Shown here: piece by piece, positions 53,201-64,000 of the stretch | Layout: each line of letters opens with the position of its first letter | Numbering within the stretch: the first letter of the stretch is position 1 | NCBI GenBank assembly: GCA_904063045.1 | Contig: CAJFCJ010000015.1 | Span: 1,309,034-1,373,033 of the forward strand | Origin: Dimorphilus gyrociliatus | Taxonomy: Eukaryota; Animalia; Annelida | DNA: 64,000 bases | Direction of reading: 5' to 3' | Position numbers and translations under genes: made by a program | The notes under the pieces: generated by a model | Told to the model about the DNA's origin: nothing | Database searches by the model: none | Seen by the model: only the letters and a program-made list of their open reading frames with translations

Positions 53201-56200
53201 CACCAAAAGATAAGGTTATAGAAAATGAATCAAAAGATACCGAAAGTCACACAGACGAGGAAACTTTCCTTACCCCAAAATCATCAAGTGAAATTAGCGA
53301 ATTACAATTCTATCAAAGCGACATAACAAATGAAATCGTCAGAGAAATAACGCACGTTACTCAACTTGAATCAACACATTTCAAGAAAAATGATATTGAT
53401 GATATCTCATTCGTTAAGAAAAGTAATGACGTTCCGGAAGCTGAAACAACAGAAACAAAAGATTGTGATGAAAGTGAAAGGTTCTTTACACCTCGATCAT
53501 CAAGTGTATTAGACGAACTTGAATGTTTCGAAATCGAGTCAAACACGTGTATCTTAATCGAAGCTTCAAATGCCACTAATCTCGAATCGACATATTTCAA
53601 AAAGGGTGACTTCGAGAGTGAAATCTCTGAAACAGCAAAAGATGAGGTTATAGAAAATGAATCAAAAGATACCGAAGGTCACACAGACGAGGAAACTTTC
53701 CTTACCCCAAAATCATCGAGTAGAATTAGCGAAATACAATTCTATCAAAGCGAGATAACAAATAAAAACGTCACAGAAATAACGCACGTTACTCATCTTG
53801 AATCAACACATTTCATGAAAAATGACATTGATGATATCTCATTCGTTAAGAAAAGTAATGATGTTCCGGTAGCAGAAACAACACAAACAAAAGACTGTGA
53901 AGAAAGTGAAAGGTTCTTTACACCTCGATCATCAAGTGTATTAGACGACGTTGAATATTTCGAAAGCGTGTCAAAAACGAGTAACTTAATCGCAATATCG
54001 AATGCCACTAATCTCGAATCGACAAATTTCAAAAAGGGTGACTTCGAGAGTGTAATCTCTGAAACACCAAAAGATGAGGTTATAGAAAATGATTCAAAAG
54101 ATACCGAAAGTCACACAGACAAGGAAACTTTCCTTACCCCAAAATCATCAAGTGAAATTTGTGAATTACAATTCTATCAAAGCGAGATAACAAATAAAAA
54201 CGTCACAGAAATAACGCACACGACTCAACTGGAATCAACACATTTCATGAAAAATGACATTGATGATATCTCATTCGTTAAGAAGAGCAATGATGTTCCA
54301 GAAGCAGAAACAACACAAACAAAAGACTGTGAAGAAAGTGAAAGGTTCTTTACACCTCGATCATCAAGTTCATTAGACGAATTTGAATGTTTCGAAAACG
54401 TGTCAAAAACGAGTACCTTAATCGAAGCATCGAATACTACCAATTTCGAATCGAAACACTTCAAGAAAAGTGATCACGAGAGTGAAATTTGTGAAATGTC
54501 AAAACATCAGGTTCAAGAAAATCAATCGAAAGAATCTGAAAATTACACAGAAAATGAAGCTTTCATTACCCCAAAATTATCAAGCGCAATAAGCGAATTA
54601 CAATTCTATCAAAGCGAGATAACAAATGAAATCGTCAAAGAAATAATGCACACTACTCAACTTGAATCAACATATTTCAAGAAAAATGACATTGATGACA
54701 TCTCATTCTCTAGTCAAGACAATTATGTTTTGAAAGCTGAAACCACAAATACAAAACATTCAGATGAAAAGGAAGCATTTCTATCTCCTCGAGCATCAAG
54801 TCATTTTGAGAGTGAAAGCTCCAAAACACCAAAAAATGAGCTTCAAGAAAAGGAATCGAAACAAAGCGAAGGTTACACAGAAGATGAAACATTCCTCACC
54901 TCAAAATCATCAACTGAAATTAGCGAATTACAATTCTTTAAAAGCGAGATAATAACTCAAAACGTCACAGAAATAACGCACACGACTCAACTGGAATCAA
55001 CACATTTCATGAAAAATGACATTGATGATATCTCATTCGTTAAGAAGAGCAATGATGTTCCAGAAGCAGAAACAACACAAACAAAAGACTGTGAAGAAAG
55101 TGAAAGGTTCTTTACACCTCGATCATCAAGTTCATTAGACGAATTTGAATGTTTCGAAAACGTGTCAAAAACGAGTACCTTAATCGAAGCATCGAATACT
55201 ACCAATTTCGAATCGAAACACTTCAAGAAAAGTGATCACGAGAGTGAAATTTGTGAAATGTCAAAACATCAGGTTCAAGAAAATCAATCGAAAGAATCTG
55301 AAAATTACACAGAAAATGAAGCTTTCATTACCCCAAAATTATCAAGCGCAATAAGCGAATTACAATTCTATCAAAGCGACATAACAAATGAAATCGTCAG
55401 AGAAATAACGCACGTTACTCAACTTGAATCAACACATTTCAAGAAAAATGATATTGATGATATCTCATTCGTTAAGAAAAGTAATGACGTTCCGGAAGCT
55501 GAAACAACAGAAACAAAAGATTGTGATGAAAGTGAAAGGTTCTTTACACCTCGATCATCAAGTGTATTAGACGAACTTGAATGTTTCGAAATCGAGTCAA
55601 ACACATGTATCTTAATCGAAGCTTCGAATGTCACTAATCTCGAATCGACATATTTCAAAAAGGGTGACTTCGAGACTGAAATTGTTGAAACATCAAAAGA
55701 TGAGGTTATAGAAAATGATTCAAAAGATAATGAAGGTCACCGAGAAGAGGAAACTTTCCTTACCCCAAAATCATCAAGTGAAATTTGTGAATTACAATTC
55801 TATCAAAGCCAGAAAACAACTGAAAACGTCACAGAAATAACCCATACAACTCAACTGGAATCAACACATTTCAGGAAAATTGACATTGATGATATATCAT
55901 TTGTTAATAAAAGTAATGATGTTCTGGCAGCTGAAACAATAGAAACAAAAGATTGTGAAGAGGTTGAAAGTTTCTTTACATCTGGATCATCAAATGTATT
56001 AGACGACGTTGAATATTTTGAAAGCGACTCAAACACGTGTATCTTAATCGAAGCTTCGAATGCCACTAATCTCGAATCGACAAATTTCAAGAAGGGTGAC
56101 TTCGAGAGTATAATCTCTGAAACACCAAAAGATGAGGTTATAGAAAATGAATCAAAAGATACCGAAAGTCACACAGACGAGGAAACTTTCCTTACCCCAA

Positions 56201-59200
56201 AATCATCAAGTGAAATTAGCGAATTACAATTCTATCAAAGCGACATAACAAATGAAATCGTCAGAGAAATAACGCACGTTACTCAACTTGAATCAACACA
56301 TTTCAAGAAAAATGATATTGATGATATCTCATTCGTTACGAAAAGTAATGACGTTCCGGAAGCTGAAACAACAGAAACAAAAGATTGTGATGAAAGTGAA
56401 AGGTTCTTTACACCTCGATCATCAAGTGTATTAGACGACGTTGAATATTTTGAAAGCGACTCAAACACGTGTATCTTAATCGAAGCTTCGAATGCCACTA
56501 ATCTCGAATCGACAAATTTAAAAAAGGGTGACTTAGAGAGTGTAATCTCTGAAACACCAAAAGATGAGGTTATAGAAAACGAATCAAAAGCTACCGAGGG
56601 AATAGAAAGGGAAGATAAGGAAGAGACCAAAGATTCCTTTGTACCTAGAACATCAAATATCAGTGAAGAAATAAAAAAAGACTTAAGCAAAATAAAACAT
56701 GAAAACGTAACGGAACTTATACTTTCAACGAATCTTGAGTCACCATCCTTCATAATTTGTGAAATTGAGAAGAACAATGTTTATAAAGAGATGTTCAATG
56801 ACAAAGAAGAAAAGAAAGAAAACCAGAATTTCCCTTCACTTACAGTGTTCAATGATGAATTAGAATGCAAACAATACTTGGAAGATAGCGAAAATCTTCT
56901 TCAAATTATGATTACTACGCAAATGGAGTCCACAGTTTTTGAAGCAGAAGATAATATAAACCACATAGAAGAGCAACGACACGATATTCCTTTAGATGAG
57001 AAAAGTATTTCTGAAGACGATGAAATCTGCAAAGATTCGTCATATATTACTCCAGAGAATGATTCTTTCAATGATGAATTAGAATGCAAGGAATACTTGG
57101 AAGACGGGGAAAGTCTTCTTCAAATTATAGTCACTACGCAAATGGAGTCCACAGTTTTTAATACGGGAGATAGTAAAACCCACATTGAAGAGCAACAACA
57201 AGATATTCCTTCAGAGGACAAAAGAATTCCAGAAGACGATGAAATCGCCAAAGATTCGTCATATATTAATCCACAAAAAGATTCTTTCAATGATGATTTA
57301 GAATGCAAGGAATTCTTGGAAGATGGCGAAAGTCTGCTTCAAATTATGGTCACTACGAAAATGGAGCCCACAGTTTTTAATACGGGAGATAGTAAAAGCC
57401 ACATTGAAGAGCAACAACAAGATATTCCTTCAGATGAAAAAAGCATTCATAAAGACGATGAAATCGCCAAAGATTCGTCATATATTACTCCACAAAAAGA
57501 TTCTTTCAATGATGATTTAGAATGCAAGGAATTCTTGGAAGATGGCGAAAGTCTACTTCAAATTATGGTCGCTACGCAAATGGAGTCCACGGTTTTTGAA
57601 GCAGAAGATAATATAAACCACATTGCAGAACAACAACACGATATTCCTTTAGATGAGAAAAGCATTCATAAAGACGATGAAATCGCCAATGAAGCGTCAT
57701 ATATTACTCCAGATAAAGATTCTTTAAATGATGAATTTGAATGGAAGGAATACTTGGAAGATGGCGAAAGTCCTCTTCAAATTATGGTCACTACGCAAAT
57801 GGAGTCCACAGTTTTTGAAGCAGAAGATAATATAAACCACATTGCAGAACAACAACACGATATTCCTTTAGATGAGAAAAGCATTCATAAAGACGATGAA
57901 ATCGCCAATGAAGCGTCATATATTACTCCAGATAAAGATTCTTTAAATGATGAATTTGAATGGAAGGAATACTTGGAAGATGGCGAAAGTCCTCTTCAAA
58001 TTATGGTCACTACGCAAATGGAGTCCACAGTTTTTGAAGCAGAAGACAATAAAAACCACTTTGAAGAACAACAACACGTTATTCCTTTAGATAAAAAAAG
58101 CATTCATAAAGACGATGAAATCGCCAATGAAGCGTCATATATTACTCCAGATAAAGATTCTTTCAATGATGAATTAGAATGTAAGGAATACTTGGAAGAT
58201 GGCGAAAGTCTTCTCCAAATGATAGTCGTTACGCAACTGGAGTCCACAGTTTTTGAAGCAGAAGATAGTAAAAACCACATTGCCGAACAACAGCACGATA
58301 TTCCTTTAGATGAGAAAAGCATTCATAAAGACGATGAAATCGCCAATGAAGCGTCATATATTACTCCAGATAAAGATTCTTTGAATGATGAGTTAGAATG
58401 TAAGGAATACTTGGCAGATGGCGAAAATCTTCTTCAAATGATGGTCGTTACGCAACTGGAGTCCACAGTTTTTGAAGCAGAAGATAGTAAAAACCACATT
58501 GCCGAACAACAGCACGATATTCCTTTAGATGAGAAAAGCATTCATAAAGACGATGAAATCGCCAATGAAGCGTCATATATTTCTCCAGATAAAGATTCTT
58601 TAAATGATGAATTAGAATGCAAGGAATACTTGGATGACGGCGAAAGTCTTCTTCAAATTATGGTCACTACGCAAATGGAGTCCACAGTTTTTGAAGCAGA
58701 AGATAATATAAACCACATTGCAGAACAACAACACGATATTCCTTTAGATGAAAAAAGCATTCATAAAGACGATGAAATCGCCAATGAAGCGTCATATATT
58801 ACTCCAGATAAAGATTCTTTGAATGATGAGTTAGAATGTAAGGAATACTTGGCAGATGGCGAAAATCTTCTTCAAATGATGGTCGTTACGCAACTGGAGT
58901 CCACAGTTTTTGAAGCAGAAGATAGTAAAAACCACATTGCCGAACAACAGCACGATATTCCTTTAGATGAAAAAAGCATTCATAAAGACGATGATTTCAC
59001 GAAAGATTCATCATATATTACTCCACAAAAAGATTCTTTCAATGATGATTTAGAATGCAAGGAATACTTGGAAGACGGCGAAAGTCTTCTTCAAATTATG
59101 GTCACTACGCAAATGGAGTCCACAGTTTTTGAAGCAGAAGATAATATAAACCACATTGCAGAACAACATCACGATATTCCTTTAGATGAAAAAAGCATTC

Positions 59201-62200
59201 ATAAAGACGATGAAATCGCCAATGAAGCGTCATATGTTACTCCAGATAAAGATTCTTTGAATGATGAATTAGAATGTAAGGAATACTTGGCAGATGGCGA
59301 TAATCTTCTTCAAATGATAGTCGTTACGCAACTGGAGTCCACAGTTTTTGAAGCAGAAGATAATATAAACCACATTGAAGAACAACGACACGATATTCCT
59401 TTAGATGAGAAAAGCATTCATAAAGACGGTGAAATCGCCAATGAAGCGTCATATATTTCTCCAGATAAAGATTCTTTAAATGATGAATTTGAATGGAAGG
59501 AATACTTGGAAGATGGCGAAAGTCCTCTTCAAATTATGGTCACTACGCAAATGGAGTCCACAGTTTTTGAAGCAGAAGACAATAAAAACCACTTTGAAGA
59601 ACAACAACACGATATTCCTTTAGATAAAAAAAGCATTCATAAAGACGATGAAATCGCCAATGAAGCGTCATATATTACTCCAGATAAAGATTCTTTCAAT
59701 GATGAATTAGAATGTAAGGAATACTTGGAAGATGGCGAAAGTCTTCTTCAAATGATAGTCGTTACGCAACTGGAGTCCACAGTTTTTGAAGCAGAAGATA
59801 GTAAAAACCACATTGCCGAACAACAGCACGATATTCCTTTAGATGAAAAAAGCATTCATAAAGACGATGATTTCACGAAAGATTCATCATATATTACGCC
59901 ACAAAAAGATTCTTTCAATGATGATTTAGAATGCAAGGAATACTTGGAAGACGGCGAAAGTCTTCTTCAAATTATGGTCACTACGCAAATGGAGTCCACA
60001 GTTTTTGAAGCAGAAGATAATATAAACCACATTGCAGAACAACAACACGATATTCCTTTAGATGAGAAAAGCATTCATAAAGACGATGAAATCGCCAATG
60101 AAGCGTCATATATTTCTCCAGATAAAGATTCTTTAAATGATGAATTAGAATGCAAGGAATACTTGGATGACGGCGAAAGTCTTCTTCAAATTATGGTCAC
60201 TACGCAAATGGAGTCCACAGTTTTTGAAGCAGAAGATAATATAAACCACATTGCAGAACAACAACACGATATTCCTTTAGATGAGAAAAGCATTCATAAA
60301 GACGATGAAATCGCCAATGAAGCGTCATATATTACTCCAGATAAAGATTCTTTCAATGATGAATTAGAATGTAAGGAATACTTGGAAGATGGCGAAAGTC
60401 TTCTTCAAATGATAGTCGTTACGCAACTGGAGTCCACAGTTTTTGAAGCAGAAGATAGTAAAAACCACATTGCCGAACAACAGCACGATATTCCTTTAGA
60501 TGAAAAAAGCATTCATAAAGACGATGATTTCACGAAAGATTCATCATATATTACTCCACAAAAAGATTCTTTCAATGATGATTTAGAATGCAAGGAATAC
60601 TTGGAAGACGGCGAAAGTCTTCTTCAAATTATGGTCACTACGCAAATGGAGTCCACAGTTTTTGAAGCAGAAGATAATATAAACCACATTGCAGAACAAC
60701 ATCACGATATTCCTTTAGATGAAAAAAGCATTCATAAAGACGATGAAATCGCCAATGAAGCGTCATATGTTACTCCAGATAAAGATTCTTTGAATGATGA
60801 ATTAGAATGTAAGGAATACTTGGCAGATGGCGATAATCTTCTTCAAATGATAGTCGTTACGCAACTGGAGTCCACAGTTTTTGAAGCAGAAGATAATATA
60901 AACCACATTGAAGAACAACGACACGATATTCCTTTAGATGAGAAAAGCATTCATAAAGACGGTGAAATCGCCAATGAAGCGTCATATATTTCTCCAGATA
61001 AAGATTCTTTAAATGATGAATTTGAATGGAAGGAATACTTGGAAGATGGCGAAAGTCCTCTTCAAATTATGGTCACTACGCAAATGGAGTCCACAGTTTT
61101 TGAAGCAGAAGACAATAAAAACCACTTTGAAGAACAACAACACGATATTCCTTTAGATAAAAAAAGCATTCATAAAGACGATGAAATCGCCAATGAAGCG
61201 TCATATATTACTCCAGATAAAGATTCTTTCAATGATGAATTAGAATGTAAGGAATACTTGGAAGATGGCGAAAGTCTTCTTCAAATGATAGTCGTTACGC
61301 AACTGGAGTCCACAGTTTTTGAAGCAGAAGATAGTAAAAACCACATTGCCGAACAACAGCACGATATTCCTTTAGATGAAAAAAGCATTCATAAAGACGA
61401 TGATTTCACGAAAGATTCATCATATATTACGCCACAAAAAGATTCTTTCAATGATGATTTAGAATGCAAGGAATACTTGGAAGACGGCGAAAGTCTTCTT
61501 CAAATTATGGTCACTACGCAAATGGAGTCCACAGTTTTTGAAGCAGAAGATAATATAAACCACATTGCAGAACAACAACACGATATTCCTTTAGATGAGA
61601 AAAGCATTCATAAAGACGATGAAATCGCCAATGAAGCGTCATATATTTCTCCAGATAAAGATTCTTTAAATGATGAATTAGAATGCAAGGAATACTTGGA
61701 TGACGGCGAAAGTCTTCTTCAAATTATGGTCACTACGCAAATGGAGTCCACAGTTTTTGAAGCAGAAGATAATATAAACCACATTGCAGAACAACAACAC
61801 GATATTCCTTTAGATGAGAAAAGCATTCATAAAGACGATGAAATCGCCAATGAAGCGTCATATATTACTCCAGATAAAGATTCTTTCAATGATGAATTAG
61901 AATGTAAGGAATACTTGGAAGATGGCGAAAGTCTTCTTCAAATGATAGTCGTTACGCAACTGGAGTCCACAGTTTTTGAAGCAGAAGATAGTAAAAACCA
62001 CATTGCCGAACAACAGCACGATATTCCTTTAGATGAAAAAAGCATTCATAAAGACGATGATTTCACGAAAGATTCATCATATATTACGCCACAAAAAGAT
62101 TCTTTCAATGATGATTTAGAATGCAAGGAATACTTGGAAGACGGCGAAAGTCTTCTTCAAATTATGGTCACTACGCAAATGGAGTCCACAGTTTTTGAAG

Positions 62201-63912
62201 CAGAAGATAATATAAACCACATTGCAGAACAACAACACGATATTCCTGTAAATGAAAAAAGTAGAATAAAAGAATACTTGGAAGATGGCGAAAGTCTTCT
62301 TCAAATTGTTTTATCCACGCAATTAGAAACCACCTGTTTTCATGAGGAAAAGAATGTTGAACATAACATTCCAAGAAGCAAAATGGAAAATGATGTAGAA
62401 AAAATTCATAGTGTTTTCGAGGAAAATAGAGAGAATTTTGTAGGAGCGATATATTTAGAGTTTTTTAGTGAAACACCTAATATTGAAGTGAAAAAATGTT
62501 TTTTAAGCTCTCCAGTAATCTCAACGATTTCGGATTTATCGCTTTATAAAGCAAGTATTTTGCCGTCTTCTCCTTTCGTTTCTGAATGCGCTGAATTTAC
62601 AACTGGATGCGATAATTTCTTCTGTCTACAAGATACATCAATGAATTTAGAAAGTCAACTGAATTTTTATGACTCTTCCTGCATTGTTAGAGAGAATGAC
62701 TTTGACGAATCTTATGCTAGTGATTCAATTAATGAGCCGGAACAGACGTTTTCAGAATTTTATGATCGAATTTCTCAGGCAAGAGGTTTTTTTGGCGTAT
62801 ATTTTCGAAGAAAAAACATTTCTAAGGGACCTTCATATGAAATTACTGAAATAATGGAAGACGCAAAGGAATATAATGTAAACAACGAGTCAGAATCATC
62901 TTCAGTGGATTCAGAAGGACCTGATATTGAATCAAAAGGTGCAGACAGTTCAAAAGTTGAGGGGGATGTAAATGAACAAAATATGAAATTCGGAGATCTT
63001 CAAGAAAATATGCTTGAAAAAACCAAAAAACCTACTTTTGATATTGAACATGCTAGTGCTCAAATCAATAAAGAGAACAATCTGTCTAACATTAGTCAAA
63101 CAAAAGTTGAAAGAAGCTCCACAAATTTATCTTCTGAGAACCAGGAATCAGGACTAGTCGAATTGAACGAGAACGAATATGACGAAACTAAGCTTGAATC
63201 TGCCTTCAAGCCATTTAACACAGCACATTTCATCCCTAGTGTACTGTATTCGAAACTACTAGAAATTAAATGTTTAGCTGATAAATTTTCGCAAGGCGCA
63301 AATAGTCAAGAAACAGATTGTACTGAACTTTGTGCTAACAGAGAAAAGTTATTTGCGCCGGAAAATGATATTTCTGAAAATGCACGCAAGATTGAGAAAG
63401 ATAATTCGAAAAAGCTTAATGTTTCCACTAAAAGTCATGAAGAAAATAAACTTTCTGAATCTGGCCAAAAAATTAAAGAAGTAACGGAAATTCATAGTTT
63501 CTCTCCAATATTCACAGACAAAGAAACTGAAATTAATCTATATAAAAGTGTCGAATCAAGTATTGATATTGAAAATTTAATCTATAATAGTACTATTAAC
63601 AATTCTGATAAATTAAGTACTATCAGGTCACAGGACACACAATCTTATCAGATAGATAGCTCTGATGTATCACCCATAGAAATATCTGTACATTCAACTG
63701 AAAATGCGAGATCCTCTGGAACTGATCCTACTTTCTATGAGCAAAAAGAGAACATCAGAGACTTTCTACAGCAATCAAATGCCTTAAAAGTAACAAAAGA
63801 GTGCCCTAAAAGCATAGTCACAGCTGAAATATCTAATTTCGCATTGGATCAAAGTGAAACTGATATGGAAGTAGAAGAAATTATGGGTGAAGTAGGAAAT
63901 AAGAACGAGAAG
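14292..63912 (+). CDS. SYNE1: Giant nesprin-1 / MSP-300-like protein (CH-CH + spectrin repeats + giant acidic repeat insert), probably continues beyond the window
   Basis: CH1 EQERVQKKTFTNWVN...GRRMQRIHYVTNV...PAIVLGLIWTVILYFQIEE and CH2 DFGPSWRDGHAFNAMIH...LLDPEDVDVDRPDEKSIMTYVAQF, plus nesprin-1-like EFLSNLPQWKDKHEKLNEAANFLIET. Phase-consistent exon chain: 14292-14454, 17726-18060, 18111-18319, 19619-19919, 20491-20628, 21068-21916, 22336-23913, 24144-26069, 26125-29676, 30085-32655, 32717-33685, 33912-35940, 35992-36230, 36278-36409, 36484-36648, 36717-38450, 38626-39615, 39678-40457, 42508-46926, 47105-51331, 51385-63912. These sum to 39,834 nt (13,278 codons). No KASH domain (TM + PPPX) in the window. 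Confidence 0.9.
16313..16385 (+). CDS. Alternative first coding exon of the nesprin gene (MVDIVCKYGKYYRSLGRLHVDYDP)
   Basis: ATG with an upstream in-frame stop, 24 codons + G, then a perfect GTAAGT donor in phase 1. Joining to 17726 gives D-EQERVQKKTF, the canonical CH1 entry. Confidence 0.65.
19111..19549 (+). CDS. Intronic alternative terminal exon (or nested ORF from ATG 19103), basic/Ser-rich
   Basis: 150-codon same-strand ORF inside nesprin intron 18320-19618. The first AG after a pyrimidine tract (19109-19110) is in phase with the phase-2 donor at 18320. Stop at 19549, AATAAA at 19594-19599. Confidence 0.6.
21983..22018 (+). CDS. Candidate 36-nt in-frame cassette microexon (IEYKKFLRKWSI)
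   Basis: CTTTAG acceptor and GTAAGT donor, phase 0-0, inside a phase-0 intron. Confidence 0.4.
29805..29945 (+). CDS. Spectrin-repeat exon (VLEREIHDRSKKVEGLK...RLQQLVQIR), probably alternative
   Basis: TAG acceptor in phase 0, a helix-B-like sequence continuing KKERVLELK, and a GTTGGT donor (the same donor sequence is used at 26070). Confidence 0.65.
40583..40850 (+). other. Two short phase-0 exons with GTAAG donors: 40583-40612 (YDCMSVFINR) and 40818-40850 (MKNGAHRLSLT), candidate internal first exons or microexon
   Basis: CAG|TAT...CGG|GTAAGA and ATG AAG...ACG|GTAAGT. Both are in phase with the acceptors at 41145 and 42508. Confidence 0.45.
41145..42329 (+). CDS. Intronic alternative terminal exon of the nesprin gene (~394 aa disordered tail)
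   Basis: 399-codon same-strand ORF in intron 40458-42507 with a T9-ACAG acceptor in phase 0 (matching donor 40458). Stop at 42329, AATAAA at 42400-42405. Confidence 0.75.
   Translation, partial: LSSNNTRPLRRILPNVNNAYKDRISGRHPQHCSKLKRKTESDESGYAESPTVDQTLLDDARPVTVQIECDEIDNILQDTNNIDGDDYFNSSIETIKKQTIEFIKKTKTHTKRIQKDDSIYTDLSFQSSKQGSKIFGKSKSFDTWDSHSFQHADTEKVTENYSRTQYDHLHTIPSISVQNNPYDFISRNSCNVGVETTEDERIPKNSSTQTINESQEANSSCEQAPTSHYDFHERKNTKKKDQIKDIPKKGTKNQDPNRKNLMRLMLSQVRDLKSQLQPYIAQSEEHTSRLSTSKTKRKVRTRNPTAQRRNISLSPVNRDRKRRLPNLPENVLSPRRLPAAPFDHPQSTFKPIRLPPQQFQPMPPTCIIVASPAREECDDICNSLSSSSFSCSSF
47105..51331 (+). CDS. Giant exon A (4,227 nt, 1,409 codons), acidic, non-spectrin, with degenerate xTxLESTxF modules
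   Basis: CTGTACAG acceptor in phase 0, continuous ORF, CAG|GTAATA donor. Confidence 0.8.
48773..50312 (+). repeat. Dispersed 166-bp in-frame duplication (48773-48938 and 50147-50312)
   Basis: Both copies encode KELxLLQKELxNRPQCIIEVxIxESLESxVTNPVEDENASSRQLFIPxSxMHIEL, offset 1,374 bp. Confidence 0.9.
51385..63912 (+). CDS. Giant exon B (12,528 nt, 4,176 codons) containing two coding tandem arrays
   Basis: T7-CAG acceptor in phase 0 and an uninterrupted ORF. A likely donor AAG|GTAGAA lies at 63913. Otherwise the frame stops at 63919-63921. Confidence 0.8.
52912..56600 (+). repeat. Coding tandem array, 432-bp (144-aa) dimeric unit, about 8.5 copies
   Basis: Unit starts (EIT/EIM) at 52912, 53344, 53776, 54208, 54640, 54970, 55402, 55834, 56266. 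The 54640 unit is 330 bp (102-bp in-frame deletion). Confidence 0.93.
56848..62340 (+). repeat. Coding tandem array, 219-bp (73-aa) unit, 24 full copies plus a truncated 25th
   Basis: Consensus FNDELECKEYLEDGESLLQIMVTTQMESTVFEAEDNINHIAEQQHDIPLDEKSIHKDDEIANEASYITPDKDS. Unit starts are 56848 + 219n, checked at several n up to 62104. Confidence 0.96.
59038..62103 (+). repeat. Higher-order repeat: 7 x 219 bp = 1,533 bp block present twice
   Basis: The variant order A-B-C-D-E-F-G at 59038-60570 repeats at 60571-62103. Confidence 0.9.
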
Positions 63913-64000
63913 GTAGAATAAATGAAGGAAACTGATTAGCTATAAATAATTTATTGATTTACCATAAAGCAAAGATTTATTGTTTTCTTTGATAGGTTTT

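Noticed and set aside
53361-58322. Periodic minus-strand ORFs of 62-164 aa
   Set aside because: They are antisense shadows of the coding arrays and recur at the 432/219-bp period.
56848-62340. Regular repeat array as CRISPR or non-coding satellite
   Set aside because: There is no repeat-spacer alternation and no cas genes. Units are multiples of 3 within one continuous ORF in a eukaryotic gene.

Overview
Compact, AT-rich animal genomic DNA with mostly 48-60 nt GT-AG introns. Gene density and intron size suggest a miniaturised invertebrate genome (a Dimorphilus-like annelid is a guess only). I built the exon models by hand from splice sites and reading phase. Gene order: PPM1A/B phosphatase (-), RAB14 (+), a 44-codon mitoregulin-like microprotein missed by the ORF track (-), RTF1 (-), RNF38/44-type RING-H2 ligase (+), adenylosuccinate synthetase (-). 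These are followed by a ~50 kb nesprin-1/MSP-300-like gene (+) with two CH domains and a long spectrin-repeat rod. It encodes about 13,300 codons in the window with no KASH domain yet, so it probably continues past the window end. The nesprin locus holds most of the unusual structure. It has alternative first exons and two intronic, in-phase, poly(A)-signal-bearing exons that share a 19-aa amphipathic motif. It also has a 4.2 kb + 12.5 kb giant exon pair built from a ~72-aa acidic module I do not recognise, arranged as a 432-bp array and a 219-bp array with a 7-unit higher-order repeat. No mobile elements, rRNA, tRNA or CRISPR arrays are supported.
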